Origin: a virus | Lineage: Duplodnaviria > Caudoviricetes | Length of the DNA stretch: 62,422 bases | Virus record (IMG/VR): IMGVR_UViG_3300026167_000001 | Location: 1 to 62,422 of that record | Strand: one strand, 5' to 3' | Part shown: positions 48,636 through 59,720 of the stretch, in pieces | Position numbering within the stretch: the first letter of the stretch is position 1 | Layout: every line of letters starts with the position of its first letter | Made by a program: the position numbers and the translations under genes | The notes under the pieces: model-generated | Databases searched by the model: none | Seen by the model: only the letters and a program-made list of their open reading frames with translations | Told to the model about the DNA's origin: nothing

Positions 48636-51511
48636 TATTCTCCTTGTTTTGTTTTTTTATCTCTTTGTAATATCCTTATTATATCTTGGTATTGATTATT
48701 AGTTAAATCACCTAAATCAAAAGCTGAAGCATAAGAATCTAATACAGAGTATAAACCAGCATCATTAGATTTAAGATTTCTTTCTGATAACATATTAGCA
48801 GCACTACCAGCTAATTGGTCTAACCCTGTACTTAAAGCCTGTTGTTTAGCAGCTCTAGCTTGTGCATTATAATCATCTACATTTAACTTAGTAGCAGCTT
48901 CTTGAGCTCCCATATTAGCCAATATTTGAGCATCTTGACCACGCCATTGATTTTCCATATTTTGTTTCTTAGCATAAGCTTGAGCATCTGCGCGCATTCT
49001 ACCACCAGATAATGCCCCATAGTTACTTAATAAATTACCAACTCCTGGAGCTACTTGTCTAACATTTCTTTTGGCAGTTTGATAAGCTAATTCATTAGCC
49101 TCTAATTCTGGTCTTATATTATAGCGCCTATCTTCTAAATCACGCATTATCCTACCAGTATAAGGATTTCTATAATCAGAATAATCTAATTCATCTGTTT
49201 CACCAAATATTCCTTGGTACATATTATAAGCAGCTGGAGCTAATTGGGCGGCAGTTCCTAAATAATCGCCTGTTCTGCCCCAATCTAAATTTAATCCTCT
49301 GCCCCCAGTATCCTCATCTACAATATTAATATCTCCATTTTGAGGTACTTCTGTACCACTCATATAATCATTCATATTAGCTACTTCTGATCTATATAAG
49401 TCATCGTAATTAATATCATCTTCATAAGAAGGACCTTGATATCCTGAAATAGATTTAGCAGCATCTGGATCTGTAGCGTACTTATAAAGTGCTGGACCTG
49501 TAGCCCATTGTTCTGGTTTAGAAGTATCTCCTACCCAATTATTTTTACCACTATATACTTGATTCCAATAAGACATTACAGAATCTAGATCTGTACTAAT
49601 TGTATTTTGACCAAAATACCCTGGTTCTTTAGCTGCAAATTTCACAAAATCTTCCGCTAATGTAGGATCTGGTTTAGTAGATCGCATCCATTTTAGTACT
49701 TCTCCACCATCTGGATATTTAGGCACAGTACCACCTTTAGCATAAGTATTAGTGCTCTGAGAACCATTTATCATTTTTTGCACTTCTTGTTGTTGAAGTA
49801 ATTCATCGAATTGTGCTTGTACTTTATCTAACATTTTTTTAGCTGTAGCTTTTGCTATTCTTGTTTTATCAGAACTTTCAACTATAGAATTATATTTTTC
49901 ATATTTTTCCTGTAAAGTCTGCCCTAATTCTTTATAACTTTTACCGTTGTATTTACCTTTCATTTTACCTAATATTTCGGTACCTTCTGGCAATGATAAC
50001 TTAATACCGCCATCTTTATGGCCAGGTGTATTTTCTGGAACTTCGTCTATATCACCATTTGGTTTTCTATATACCTCGTCAGTCTCCAATTCAGCATTGG
50101 GTCTATTCATTGCTGGATTATAATTTGTATATGAGGATATACCGCCATTTGGATATTCCATGTATTTATCCCATACATCGGAATCTATAAGAGGAGATTC
50201 AATAGTTTTTGTTGTATCAGATTTATTTTTAAAAGTCCTATAATAATTAACTGGAACTCCTTTGGTAGAATCTTGAACAAATGTAGCTCCTGTATATCCA
50301 TGAGTTGCCATATCTGCAGGACCTAAATATCTTGTACTATCATATTTTTGCACATCACTTGGTATTAAATTAGTATCCTTAGATAACGTTATACCTAGAG
50401 CACCATATAGGTCTATAATCTTTTTTGGATCATATTCTACAGTACCACCATTAGGATATGTAATAGTTGGTTTATAAGAAGGTTTTGGTGTATTTGCTCT
50501 CATTGCTTCTCTTTTTAATTTCTCAGCTTCATCTCGTCGCTTTTCTGCCTCTTCCTGTTCCTTATCAGCTTCAAATATTCCCGCTAATCCAGGTAATAAA
50601 GCAGCGCCTATTCTTTCTTCAGTACTGTATTCATCACTCAATGCAACATTTAAATTCTGAGCTGGATCTAATAATCCAGTTTCTAAACTACTGGCAAATT
50701 TATTATAATCTTGATTTTCCGCAATACCATATTCATCATAATCTATACCTGTTTCTAAAGCAGATCCTCCTAATTGCGATACTCCACTAATTGCCGCACC
50801 CCAAGGGCCCGCAGAACCTACCAAATCTTGGGACCAACTTGACCCACTATCAGTATACATTTGTTGTTCATCTGTTTTACCATATTGATCTATTAAAGAG
50901 GAACCTACAGAACCTATTGCTCCGGCAGCACTCATAGCACCAGAGGCATTAAAATCTCCATATTGAGTATTGCCAAAATTACCCTGTTCACCAAAATCTA
51001 AAAAATTAGAATTTTTAGAATTGCTAGGATTGGAAATACCGGTTTTAGAATATTTTGAATTTAATTCTGGAATATTTCCGTCATAAGCATAATTAGAATT
51101 ATATATCTTAGTTACAGTTCCTGGAACATCATTCCATCTATAATTAGGTGCTATTGTATTATATCTATCTGTCAATATATCATAAGTATCTATACTAGGA
51201 GTTTCTGCCTGTAATGCACTTAATGGCACTGTATTATTAGTGCCATATGTATACTTGGGTATAGTACCACCATAAGCATACTTTTTATTATTCTTCAATG
51301 AAGGGTATTTCTTATATACCTTTGATTTAACATCAGATCTTCCATGTAGCCCAGCTAACCTAAGAGCATCAACTGCATCTGCTTTTGTTGATATAGGATA
51401 TTTCCTGCCTTTACCAGCAAAATCCTTAGATTTAACTGAAGGATATGCTTTTGTTTTATTTTTACCTTTTGGGTATCTATCTTTAGAACCTTTTAAATTC
51501 TTTTTAGCCAT
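48635..51511 (-). CDS. virion cargo / structural protein with YxxGG repeats
   Basis: 958 aa; AELETDEV..GHKDGG domain; Gly/Ala-rich segments; YAYGG, YPNGG x2, YAKGG, YPDGG. Confidence 0.65.
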   Translation of the reverse strand: MAKKNLKGSKDRYPKGKNKTKAYPSVKSKDFAGKGRKYPISTKADAVDALRLAGLHGRSDVKSKVYKKYPSLKNNKKYAYGGTIPKYTYGTNNTVPLSALQAETPSIDTYDILTDRYNTIAPNYRWNDVPGTVTKIYNSNYAYDGNIPELNSKYSKTGISNPSNSKNSNFLDFGEQGNFGNTQYGDFNASGAMSAAGAIGSVGSSLIDQYGKTDEQQMYTDSGSSWSQDLVGSAGPWGAAISGVSQLGGSALETGIDYDEYGIAENQDYNKFASSLETGLLDPAQNLNVALSDEYSTEERIGAALLPGLAGIFEADKEQEEAEKRRDEAEKLKREAMRANTPKPSYKPTITYPNGGTVEYDPKKIIDLYGALGITLSKDTNLIPSDVQKYDSTRYLGPADMATHGYTGATFVQDSTKGVPVNYYRTFKNKSDTTKTIESPLIDSDVWDKYMEYPNGGISSYTNYNPAMNRPNAELETDEVYRKPNGDIDEVPENTPGHKDGGIKLSLPEGTEILGKMKGKYNGKSYKELGQTLQEKYEKYNSIVESSDKTRIAKATAKKMLDKVQAQFDELLQQQEVQKMINGSQSTNTYAKGGTVPKYPDGGEVLKWMRSTKPDPTLAEDFVKFAAKEPGYFGQNTISTDLDSVMSYWNQVYSGKNNWVGDTSKPEQWATGPALYKYATDPDAAKSISGYQGPSYEDDINYDDLYRSEVANMNDYMSGTEVPQNGDINIVDEDTGGRGLNLDWGRTGDYLGTAAQLAPAAYNMYQGIFGETDELDYSDYRNPYTGRIMRDLEDRRYNIRPELEANELAYQTAKRNVRQVAPGVGNLLSNYGALSGGRMRADAQAYAKKQNMENQWRGQDAQILANMGAQEAATKLNVDDYNAQARAAKQQALSTGLDQLAGSAANMLSERNLKSNDAGLYSVLDSYASAFDLGDLTNNQYQDIIRILQRDKKTKQGE

Positions 51512-51517
51512 AATTTA

Positions 51518-54500
51518 TTATCTATAAAATATTCTGTATTTTGTATTAATATAAGGAACTGTAAATCTATTGTCATTAGTATTATTATAAGTAAAATCTA
51601 ATACTAAAAAATGATCCCTCATTCTAGATTTAAATAGATTACTATTACCTAAATTACTATTATCAAATATATCTGGATTGGTTTCAGGATCCTCAGTAAC
51701 ATCGTTCCTAGCAATATGAAATGACCACATTCCTTTTTTTCTAGATATATTATCACCAAAAACAAGAGGTATTTCATCTGTATTTTGATAACTATCGTAA
51801 GCCTTATATGATTCAAAAGTATCTGTAAAATCAAGTACGCCCGAATTATTATATGAATATGATGGATAATTAATACCGTCAAATACTTTCATATGATCCA
51901 TATCAGAATTAACTAATGTTAATAAAGTACTGTCATTATATATGCCATAAAATGTACCGTAATTAGAATTAGATGTTCCATGCATATATAGATGGTCATT
52001 ATTTCCTGATGATATGATTTTATCACGAACCCTAAAATACCTAGATGGTAAATACGTATAGAATCCTGTAAAGGAATCTGTTAATTCATTATACACTAAT
52101 GTAGTACCATTTGCATTGCCTTCAAATAAACTTATTAATATTTCATCATATTTAGGGTCATATTCAATTATAGCATTATCAAAATCACCATCATTTAAAT
52201 AAGATTGTACCCCTTTTAATTTAGACAGCCTTTCAATATATTCACCATTATATCTAGCTATAGTATTTAATATAGAATCGTACCAATATATACCCCTAGG
52301 AGCATTTACTATATTAAATGTATTAGAGTTACCTATATTAGTAGACAAATAATCAAATCTAGTTAGTACAGATCCAGTACCTAATACCAGTGAACCTGGA
52401 TTATTATCTGTAATAAGTGATCTAGGATCAACATTTGTAAGTCCTACAGCACTAGGTTGCCAAAATAACAGATTATTATTATAATTCATAATATTTGTTA
52501 TTTCACCATAACCACCATCTACGTCTATAAAATTATTTGGTAAAAACTTTAACCAACTGTCTGAAGATTCCCCATTAAATTTTCTTTCAGAAACTATTAT
52601 TCTAGTATTAAAAGTACTTAATTCTTGAAAATCATCACCAGCAGGTCTAGGAAAATATTTTTTAACTGTATTTTCTTGCGAATATACTGTATTATATTGA
52701 TATAATGCAGAGTACCCAATATCTGGATCGCCACCTTCTGTGATATTTTGATAAGAATCATAATCTATAGTACGATATACTTTAGAAAAACAGTCATCAT
52801 GTCTTAAAGATAAATTAATTGAAGATTCTACAGGAAATATAAAATTAAGAAATACACAATTGTCATCCCTACTATAATATAATGCAGTATGATCATACAT
52901 ATTTATAAACGTATCGCCATGTACAGCATTACAATAAGTAGTTTCTAACGACCCTGGTATATCCTGTACTTCACTAGCGCTTATATATTCAATATTAGAT
53001 CTAGAAAAATAATCAGGACCGCCATATTGAGATTCAAATATATGACGTCTATATATTCCATATTTTATCATATTATAACTTCTTTGACCACTAGATGGTA
53101 AATGTTCTAATAAATCTTCAGCAACATCTAACATTAAAGCAGTGCTCATCCCAGCTCGTTCGCCGTTATAGGCATAATCTGTGTAAAAGGTATTACCATT
53201 TATATTATTAGATTCTGTAGTATTTAAATAACTTAATATTTTGCCATCTAATACACTTAAATTATTATAAGAATAACTAGAGTCACTGTAAGAAATTCCA
53301 TAAGAACTTCTGTATTTCGCATTAAAATCCTCTCCATTTGCCCCATTTGGGTCTAATCCTTTTAATAAAGTCCCACCTAATTCATGTAATTCTAAATAAT
53401 CATTATTAATAGGTGAAAAATCTTTATAAAAAGATATTTCTGGAGATATGAATTCTACAAGATTAGATTTTGCCTCTATTGTATCTACTTCAGTAGCATG
53501 ATATGGTTGCATAGCATCGGTTATTTCCTCGCCTGCTCTATGTCCTGTTGGTCTAACTAATCCACTTAATATAACCGTTCTATCTTGAGGAGTCCTTTCT
53601 GCCCTAACTATTTTATAAGCCGTAGCACCATCTGGATAATTTCTAATTTCAAATTTGGGGAATAGTGCTTTAGTTTTTGAACCATTACTAGGATCTGCAT
53701 TTCCAACATACCAATCGCCCATAGATGGAGTAGATGATTCGCTACCATCATTTATACCAGGCATTCTTATATCACCTATCCACTTAACTGTAGACTCCCT
53801 ACCAAATTTATCAAAAAATACTATACCAAATCTATATATTTCATCTCTTTGATAACTTCTATGCTCTGCAGTATTTTGAGGATTAAAGTAACCATTATAT
53901 CCCCCTATATCTTCTACAAGATTATTAGAATCAAAATTGGTATATACTCTAAAACTTTCAGGTGCTTCATCTATATATAATTCCTCAAAATCAAATGTAT
54001 AAGAAATATTTTTACCTGTACCGCCTAAATTACCAGATGCACCATATTTAAAATTACCTAAATAATCACTCCTAGTATCAGTATCTTCAGCTGCTCTCCT
54101 ACTACCATCATATTCTGTTACATTATATAAATTTTCTAAATCTGCATTTTCAGGTATATTCCAATCAGTACCACTTGTTATAGGAGTTCCATCGTATTCT
54201 ACTTTATCCCAAGTACCATCTGTATATACAAAATAAACATCGCCATTAGATTCTACTAATCTAGCCTTAGCTGGAATTTCAGTAGTTTCCATACTAGCAG
54301 ATGTATATGTATAAGAAATATCCACATTGGATAATGTAGCACTTAACAAACCATCTGGTTCTGGCATTCCTGATGATGAAATATCACCATCTACATTAAC
54401 AACAAATGAGAGTGTTCCAGTTGCACTATTATAAAATATAGAAGTATATGTTATAGAACTTCCAGAAAAAGAAAAGGGCTCTGCGCCTAATCCATCGTAT

Positions 54501-55819
54501 TCACCATAAAAACTAGTACTAGAATCATGATTAGATACTCCAGTAATATTGGTTAAATTAGAAATACCCATGACAGAACCAATATTTTGTATAGTAATTT
54601 CTACAGAACTATTAGATTCTATAATCATAGTAACAGCACCATCTGATAAATTAAAAGTTTCTATAGAAGTATCTGATACTGTTGTAGTTGTAGTAGTAGT
54701 TTCTTGTCCACCTTTAGTAAACCTATAAGCTCTAGCATCATAATCTTCCACATCAAAATTATTCTGTTTTATATTTGCTATAAATAAGAAGTTTTTAGCA
54801 GCTGCTATATCTTTAGCTTTATATAAACCACTAATTGCTGTAAATTCCTCTAAAGAATATGATCCCACATAGCCTGATCCATTATCTGTAAATAGTACAG
54901 TACCTGAACTACTAATTCCTTGTTCTGTAACTATATTAATAACCGGTACTTGATTATAACTCTCATAATGTATAGATACTATTCTAACACTGTCATACTC
55001 TGAATCGCTTAAATCTATTTCAAATGATAAAGATTTACCTGTATATTCTCCTTCTGGAGATCCCTTATATTCACTTGAAGTAGCTCTAGATTCAGAAGAG
55101 CTAGTTATATGATATAATCCTGTAGCAGGTGCAAAAGAAGTTTCTGACCCGCTCCTATTATATAATTGGTACGAATACTGAACCATACCAGCTTTAAGAT
55201 TACCACCACCTATACCCGTTAATTTCAAATTTGCCATATCAAATTCGGATACAGTATTGAAATATTTAGCGCTTACATATATATTATCAGCACTTCTTAC
55301 TTCTTTATCACTAGTTAAATATTCGCCTATATTAGCATATCTAAGATAATTATTATAATCTACCCAATATATCTTTTCTATATTATCATTTTCTTTTCTA
55401 GCTACTACTTTTAGAGTATGATCCAAAGATAAATTCATTTTATTTTCAGTATCCTTACCCAGATCACTCCAAAGTAATTCCATATTAGTAACTTCTTCAT
55501 CTATTATGGTAGCTCTAAATATTCTTGTAGTATTTGAATTATCATTATAAGTAAAAAATATTAAATAATTATCTAAAGAAGCACCACCTACTATAACTTG
55601 ATCAAGATCTATAGATCCATTTATTTCAATAGGGTAATTACTTCTATTATATATTTCACTGTTTCCCTTAACATTTTCTAAAATACCTATAGTACTATTC
55701 TCGCTAGTAGATATTCTAAAATTTTTAGCATCTCTATAAGATTCTTTAGGCATGTAAAGATTACTAATATCTTTATTCATCCCTTTGGAAAAAGTGTTTT
55801 TATGTACTTTTGTAGGCAT
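51518..55819 (-). CDS. tail muzzle / stabilization protein (crAss-type)
   Basis: 1433 aa; NTFSKGMNKD start, YQRDEIYRFGIVF, WLKF..NF.DVD..YG.I, SRMRD. Confidence 0.8.
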   Translation of the reverse strand: MPTKVHKNTFSKGMNKDISNLYMPKESYRDAKNFRISTSENSTIGILENVKGNSEIYNRSNYPIEINGSIDLDQVIVGGASLDNYLIFFTYNDNSNTTRIFRATIIDEEVTNMELLWSDLGKDTENKMNLSLDHTLKVVARKENDNIEKIYWVDYNNYLRYANIGEYLTSDKEVRSADNIYVSAKYFNTVSEFDMANLKLTGIGGGNLKAGMVQYSYQLYNRSGSETSFAPATGLYHITSSSESRATSSEYKGSPEGEYTGKSLSFEIDLSDSEYDSVRIVSIHYESYNQVPVINIVTEQGISSSGTVLFTDNGSGYVGSYSLEEFTAISGLYKAKDIAAAKNFLFIANIKQNNFDVEDYDARAYRFTKGGQETTTTTTTVSDTSIETFNLSDGAVTMIIESNSSVEITIQNIGSVMGISNLTNITGVSNHDSSTSFYGEYDGLGAEPFSFSGSSITYTSIFYNSATGTLSFVVNVDGDISSSGMPEPDGLLSATLSNVDISYTYTSASMETTEIPAKARLVESNGDVYFVYTDGTWDKVEYDGTPITSGTDWNIPENADLENLYNVTEYDGSRRAAEDTDTRSDYLGNFKYGASGNLGGTGKNISYTFDFEELYIDEAPESFRVYTNFDSNNLVEDIGGYNGYFNPQNTAEHRSYQRDEIYRFGIVFFDKFGRESTVKWIGDIRMPGINDGSESSTPSMGDWYVGNADPSNGSKTKALFPKFEIRNYPDGATAYKIVRAERTPQDRTVILSGLVRPTGHRAGEEITDAMQPYHATEVDTIEAKSNLVEFISPEISFYKDFSPINNDYLELHELGGTLLKGLDPNGANGEDFNAKYRSSYGISYSDSSYSYNNLSVLDGKILSYLNTTESNNINGNTFYTDYAYNGERAGMSTALMLDVAEDLLEHLPSSGQRSYNMIKYGIYRRHIFESQYGGPDYFSRSNIEYISASEVQDIPGSLETTYCNAVHGDTFINMYDHTALYYSRDDNCVFLNFIFPVESSINLSLRHDDCFSKVYRTIDYDSYQNITEGGDPDIGYSALYQYNTVYSQENTVKKYFPRPAGDDFQELSTFNTRIIVSERKFNGESSDSWLKFLPNNFIDVDGGYGEITNIMNYNNNLLFWQPSAVGLTNVDPRSLITDNNPGSLVLGTGSVLTRFDYLSTNIGNSNTFNIVNAPRGIYWYDSILNTIARYNGEYIERLSKLKGVQSYLNDGDFDNAIIEYDPKYDEILISLFEGNANGTTLVYNELTDSFTGFYTYLPSRYFRVRDKIISSGNNDHLYMHGTSNSNYGTFYGIYNDSTLLTLVNSDMDHMKVFDGINYPSYSYNNSGVLDFTDTFESYKAYDSYQNTDEIPLVFGDNISRKKGMWSFHIARNDVTEDPETNPDIFDNSNLGNSNLFKSRMRDHFLVLDFTYNNTNDNRFTVPYINTKYRIFYR

Positions 55820-55820
55820 A

Positions 55821-56759
55821 TTATGTATGTCTTATATGTTCTTGTTGATTCAAATATTGATAAAAACTATTACCAGCATTTACAGGTGGAACTAATCTAA
55901 GCCAAGTATCTTTAAATGATTCTATCTCATCTAATGATTTAAAACTCAATGATTTGTTATAAGCCTGCTTAACATAAAAATTCCATGAGCTTTTAGCATC
56001 ATAATACACAGCATCTCTGACTCTACCCATACGCCAATCTATATATGTTAACTTAGTAACTATATACCAATAGGCGGCTTCAATAAATGATGGATCATCA
56101 GGTATCATAGGATACCCATATTTATCTGTAGGAATTGCCCTGTAAGCAATCATAAGATAGCCATTTTTAGCATTGGTCTTTATGTAGCCAGGAACTATTT
56201 TATACTCTAATTGATAAGGATTAACCGTACCACCAGAAGTTGTTGTATTAGGAAACTTATCTTCTCTTAATAAGTTATTAAGTAATGACTTAAGTTCTTC
56301 TTCAGTATTTAATTTTTCCAAAGCTTCATCATAAGTTATATCATAAAGTTCCATTGTTAAACGTACTAAATCATCAGTACCCTTAACATAAGTTGGTACG
56401 TTATTATCAGTATTGTAAGTATCTTCAATTTCACTAGTTAATTGATGTCTAGTAGAAAAACTACCAGTAGCATATTTCATAGGATAGAATTGTTTAGAAT
56501 ACTTATTATCTGCATAAGCTACTTGAATAACACTGTGACAATCTTTAGGTAAATTAGCTTGATAGTTATTTATACTTGTAAGTTCTAAACCATCCTTACC
56601 TGTTATCTTAATGTTATAAAATTCAAAAGCGCCTATCTTTTCAACAGCTTCTGCGCACCATTCCATCATATCTGTAATAGGTATATTATCTTCTGTAATA
56701 CCTAAATCAGCATATACTTTTGCTATTACTCTATGACATGATATTAAGTGATTTACCAT
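55821..56759 (-). CDS. tail ring / tubular protein
   Basis: 312 aa; EW..EA..KIG and Y.AIPTD..GYPMIPD motifs; crAss tail synteny. Confidence 0.65.
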   Translation of the reverse strand: MVNHLISCHRVIAKVYADLGITEDNIPITDMMEWCAEAVEKIGAFEFYNIKITGKDGLELTSINNYQANLPKDCHSVIQVAYADNKYSKQFYPMKYATGSFSTRHQLTSEIEDTYNTDNNVPTYVKGTDDLVRLTMELYDITYDEALEKLNTEEELKSLLNNLLREDKFPNTTTSGGTVNPYQLEYKIVPGYIKTNAKNGYLMIAYRAIPTDKYGYPMIPDDPSFIEAAYWYIVTKLTYIDWRMGRVRDAVYYDAKSSWNFYVKQAYNKSLSFKSLDEIESFKDTWLRLVPPVNAGNSFYQYLNQQEHIRHT

Positions 56760-56764
56760 TTTAT

Positions 56765-57235
56765 TTAATTTTCAAAATAATCTATAATATTGTTTTTTAT
56801 ATTATAAGCTAAATTACGCTTATTTGACCTAGTTGGTATAAATCTATAAAAGCTTTTATGAGGCACAACACTTTTAAGTTTATCCCACTTAAACATGTAT
56901 TTATAACCTTCACTATGTTCATTTAAATGAAATATAGGTTTGCCATATTTTTGTGTCAATTTAAAATCTAAAGAGTATCTTTTATTCCTACTTAAACTAG
57001 AATCTAATTTTACTACTCTAAGATCTCCTAATCTATAAGGCATTTTAAATACATCCGCTTTGTTTATAATATTATCCGCTACTATTTTAATATAATCTTT
57101 TACTATATCTAAGTATTCCTCATATTCAATATGATAAGGACTATTTTCCGCTTTATCAGATATATAGTCCTCATAACAATCTTTTAATGTATACGGATTT
57201 TGTACTTTATTTCTACCTCTGCCGTAAAATGCCAT
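56765..57235 (-). CDS. IHF/HU-like structural protein of the crAss tail module
   Basis: FKMPYRLGDLRV, HLNEH..GY.Y.F.W, YRFIPTRSNKR.LA. Confidence 0.65.
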   Translation of the reverse strand: MAFYGRGRNKVQNPYTLKDCYEDYISDKAENSPYHIEYEEYLDIVKDYIKIVADNIINKADVFKMPYRLGDLRVVKLDSSLSRNKRYSLDFKLTQKYGKPIFHLNEHSEGYKYMFKWDKLKSVVPHKSFYRFIPTRSNKRNLAYNIKNNIIDYFEN

Positions 57236-57930
57236 TATCTTCTAAGGTTTTGACTGTATTTAACATCTTCAGTATTTGGCGAAACGCCGTGATCTGAATC
57301 ATTTTTATCATCAGAGAATGATTGAGCTTCTATACCTAATTCTTTACTTAATATAAGTTGTTTAAGTGTGACTACTTTATCTATAGGTAATGGATAATTA
57401 CTTCTATAATCTTCATCATTAAAAGATTCTATCTCTAAAGGATTTTCAAATACTCCTCTAAGATTTATATATTCTAATAATTCATTATTGTGAACATATA
57501 GATATTGATTTCTTAAAAAAGCTATTTTATCCTTACCAGTATATTTTCTATGTTTTTGTAATTGAAACCTATTATAAGGAACTAATTGTATTTGATCCCC
57601 TAATATAGTACCTATATAAACTATCCCAGATTTATGATTTAAATCTAAAGTTTTAGGCAACTGCTCTAAAGTTCTAGTTATATAAGAACCTGATTCAACA
57701 TCATTATCTTCAGATGTTTGCACCATTTCTAATTGAAGATCTGATATTTCTTGTACATAATCAGGATTAATCATTTTATTTTTATCTAAATCTCTCTTCA
57801 ATAAAAATGCCCTATACTGATGTACCCAATCTTCTAACTGCCTTTTAGATATAGGCTCACTTTGACTTACACTAGATCCTCTAATTATAAGTAATAAATC
57901 CTGTACTATTTTATCTAAACTTACTCCCAT
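57235..57930 (-). CDS. tail ring / tubular protein
   Basis: 231 aa; QYRAFLLK, RGVFENP, YPLP; crAss tail synteny. Confidence 0.65.
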   Translation of the reverse strand: MGVSLDKIVQDLLLIIRGSSVSQSEPISKRQLEDWVHQYRAFLLKRDLDKNKMINPDYVQEISDLQLEMVQTSEDNDVESGSYITRTLEQLPKTLDLNHKSGIVYIGTILGDQIQLVPYNRFQLQKHRKYTGKDKIAFLRNQYLYVHNNELLEYINLRGVFENPLEIESFNDEDYRSNYPLPIDKVVTLKQLILSKELGIEAQSFSDDKNDSDHGVSPNTEDVKYSQNLRR

Positions 57931-58682
57931 TGTATTGCTATATTTGATGTTATTGTAGATTTTGGATCTTCATTATGTACTGTAGATTCATATTCATAAG
58001 GTAACCAAAATTTCCAATTAGGTAAAAATGTAACTCTGGTACCATCATTTTTAACTCTGTACCTATCTATTAATATATTTAAATTAGTTCTATATTTATA
58101 AGATATATCAGGCCTATTAACTTTTATATTATCTAAATTTGTAGCATCTATCTTTATAGTATCTATATCTATATGCCAGTGTTTAGTATCTATAGGTGAA
58201 AATTTTACATTTATATTCTCTAACTTATCTAATACTATAGTATCTAACATAGTTTCAGTACTATCAGAAGCTTCTAACCCAGTCATTATAATAGTCTCTA
58301 AATTATCTATTTCAATATTTAGATCTTTAACTATTTTATCCATTTTAATAAGCTTCTTTTCATAATCACTTAATAAATTTGAATCTTCTTTAAGTTTAGC
58401 TCTTGCCCTACGTAATTCACCTTTAGTAGCAAAATATAAATTAGATTGACTAACTAATTGTCCATTAACAATACGTAAAGCATTCTCCTTAGCTGTTATA
58501 TTCTTATCAAGCCTTGTAATTTCTTTATTAGCCTCATTTAAGGCATAACTAGTACCAATTGTAGCTAATACAGCAACTATTAGTAAAATGTCTTTAAATC
58601 GCCTAAAATAGGCCTTTATTTTGTTTATCATAACATTATTATTTTTCAGATGGTCTATTAGTTTCGCCAAATATATATACAT
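57921..58682 (-). CDS. putative i-spanin-like protein (TM + coiled coil); true start probably MINKIK
   Basis: N-terminal TM then coiled coil; in the lysis cluster. Confidence 0.45.
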   Translation of the reverse strand: MYIYLAKLIDHLKNNNVMINKIKAYFRRFKDILLIVAVLATIGTSYALNEANKEITRLDKNITAKENALRIVNGQLVSQSNLYFATKGELRRARAKLKEDSNLLSDYEKKLIKMDKIVKDLNIEIDNLETIIMTGLEASDSTETMLDTIVLDKLENINVKFSPIDTKHWHIDIDTIKIDATNLDNIKVNRPDISYKYRTNLNILIDRYRVKNDGTRVTFLPNWKFWLPYEYESTVHNEDPKSTITSNIAIQWE

Positions 58683-58833
58683 ATACTGGAGAATTTAAAG
58701 CTGCTAATCCTATACCTAAATCTGATAAATCTACCCCCTTATATATACCTAGTATAAACATAAGAAAATTAATAGCCAATGAACTCACAGCTACTCTAAA
58801 TCTCCTACTTTTTGGTATTTTCATCTTCTTCAT
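58639..58833 (-). CDS. putative holin
   Basis: 64 aa; basic N-terminus, two hydrophobic segments; near endolysin. Confidence 0.5.
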   Translation of the reverse strand: MKKMKIPKSRRFRVAVSSLAINFLMFILGIYKGVDLSDLGIGLAALNSPVYVYIFGETNRPSEK

Positions 58834-58966
58834 ATTTACTAAATTTTGTTTCCAAATCTGAAGCTACAGTTTCTATGTACACATACATTTTATAATTTTC
58901 CAACATGTAGAGTCTATTATTCATTGCGTCTTTAACAATTCTCCTTACAGATTTTTTATTGGGCAT
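58805..58966 (-). CDS. small hypothetical protein (53 aa, below ORF-track cutoff)
   Basis: MPNKKSVRRIV...DENTKK*, fills the gap and overlaps both neighbours slightly. Confidence 0.4.
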   Translation of the reverse strand: MPNKKSVRRIVKDAMNNRLYMLENYKMYVYIETVASDLETKFSKYEEDENTKK

Positions 58967-59435
58967 ATTCTTCATAAATAGTTTTATCGTTTACTTTTTT
59001 AGCTCGTAGTATCTGATTCCTATTATTACCTATATTATAAGATACATGAACCCAACCTGGATTTTCATCAGTACCAAATTCATATATTAATTGATCAAAA
59101 GGTAAATTATCTTTGATGTAATCAAATATTTCTTTATTATTAGGAACACCCTCATAGCCATCGTTATCTAAATCTATAGCCGCCCCTTCATTTGCCATGT
59201 GCTGTGAATTATCCGCACCGCCGATTTCTTCATTTAACTTTTCAGACCTGAAAAAACTAGCTATATATATAGGACTACCACCTAAAGCTTTTCTTAAAGG
59301 TTCGAATATCACTTCGGCTAATAACCTCATGTTACGTAATTGTAAGTCATTAGGTTTGTTTTCTATGCCTTTTCTTTTAGCAGTATAACTATTTGTTGCT
59401 TCCTTATATGTTATATGATCAGATATTCTAGACAT
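58956..59435 (-). CDS. endolysin, peptidase M15A family
   Basis: SFFRS..LN..IGG..NSQH..G.AIDL and WVHVSY Zn-binding motifs. Confidence 0.9.
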   Translation of the reverse strand: MSRISDHITYKEATNSYTAKRKGIENKPNDLQLRNMRLLAEVIFEPLRKALGGSPIYIASFFRSEKLNEEIGGADNSQHMANEGAAIDLDNDGYEGVPNNKEIFDYIKDNLPFDQLIYEFGTDENPGWVHVSYNIGNNRNQILRAKKVNDKTIYEEYAQ

Positions 59436-59688
59436 TGAACATTAATTTAAGCACAACAGATACGGCTACAGATGCTATAGTTCCTACAGTAGCGGCTGCA
59501 CCCATCATTTTCCATTTAATTACATTTAGGTTAAACATATCTTTTTCAAGATCTTCAACTCTTTCTACTAAGCCTTTTCTATTATATTCAGTGCCTAATA
59601 AGTAATCTTTAATGTCTTGAACAGAACTTCCTAAATCGCTTATATCTTTTATTAGTTTTTTAAGTTGTTGAGTGGATATTTCTTCCAT
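59428..59688 (-). CDS. small coiled-coil + C-terminal TM protein (holin/XhlA-like)
   Basis: 86 aa; GLVERVEDLE then hydrophobic tail; directly upstream of endolysin. Confidence 0.5.
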   Translation of the reverse strand: MEEISTQQLKKLIKDISDLGSSVQDIKDYLLGTEYNRKGLVERVEDLEKDMFNLNVIKWKMMGAAATVGTIASVAVSVVLKLMFNV

Positions 59689-59720
59689 AGTAGTTTATTA
59701 TCTATATATTTTTAAATAAT

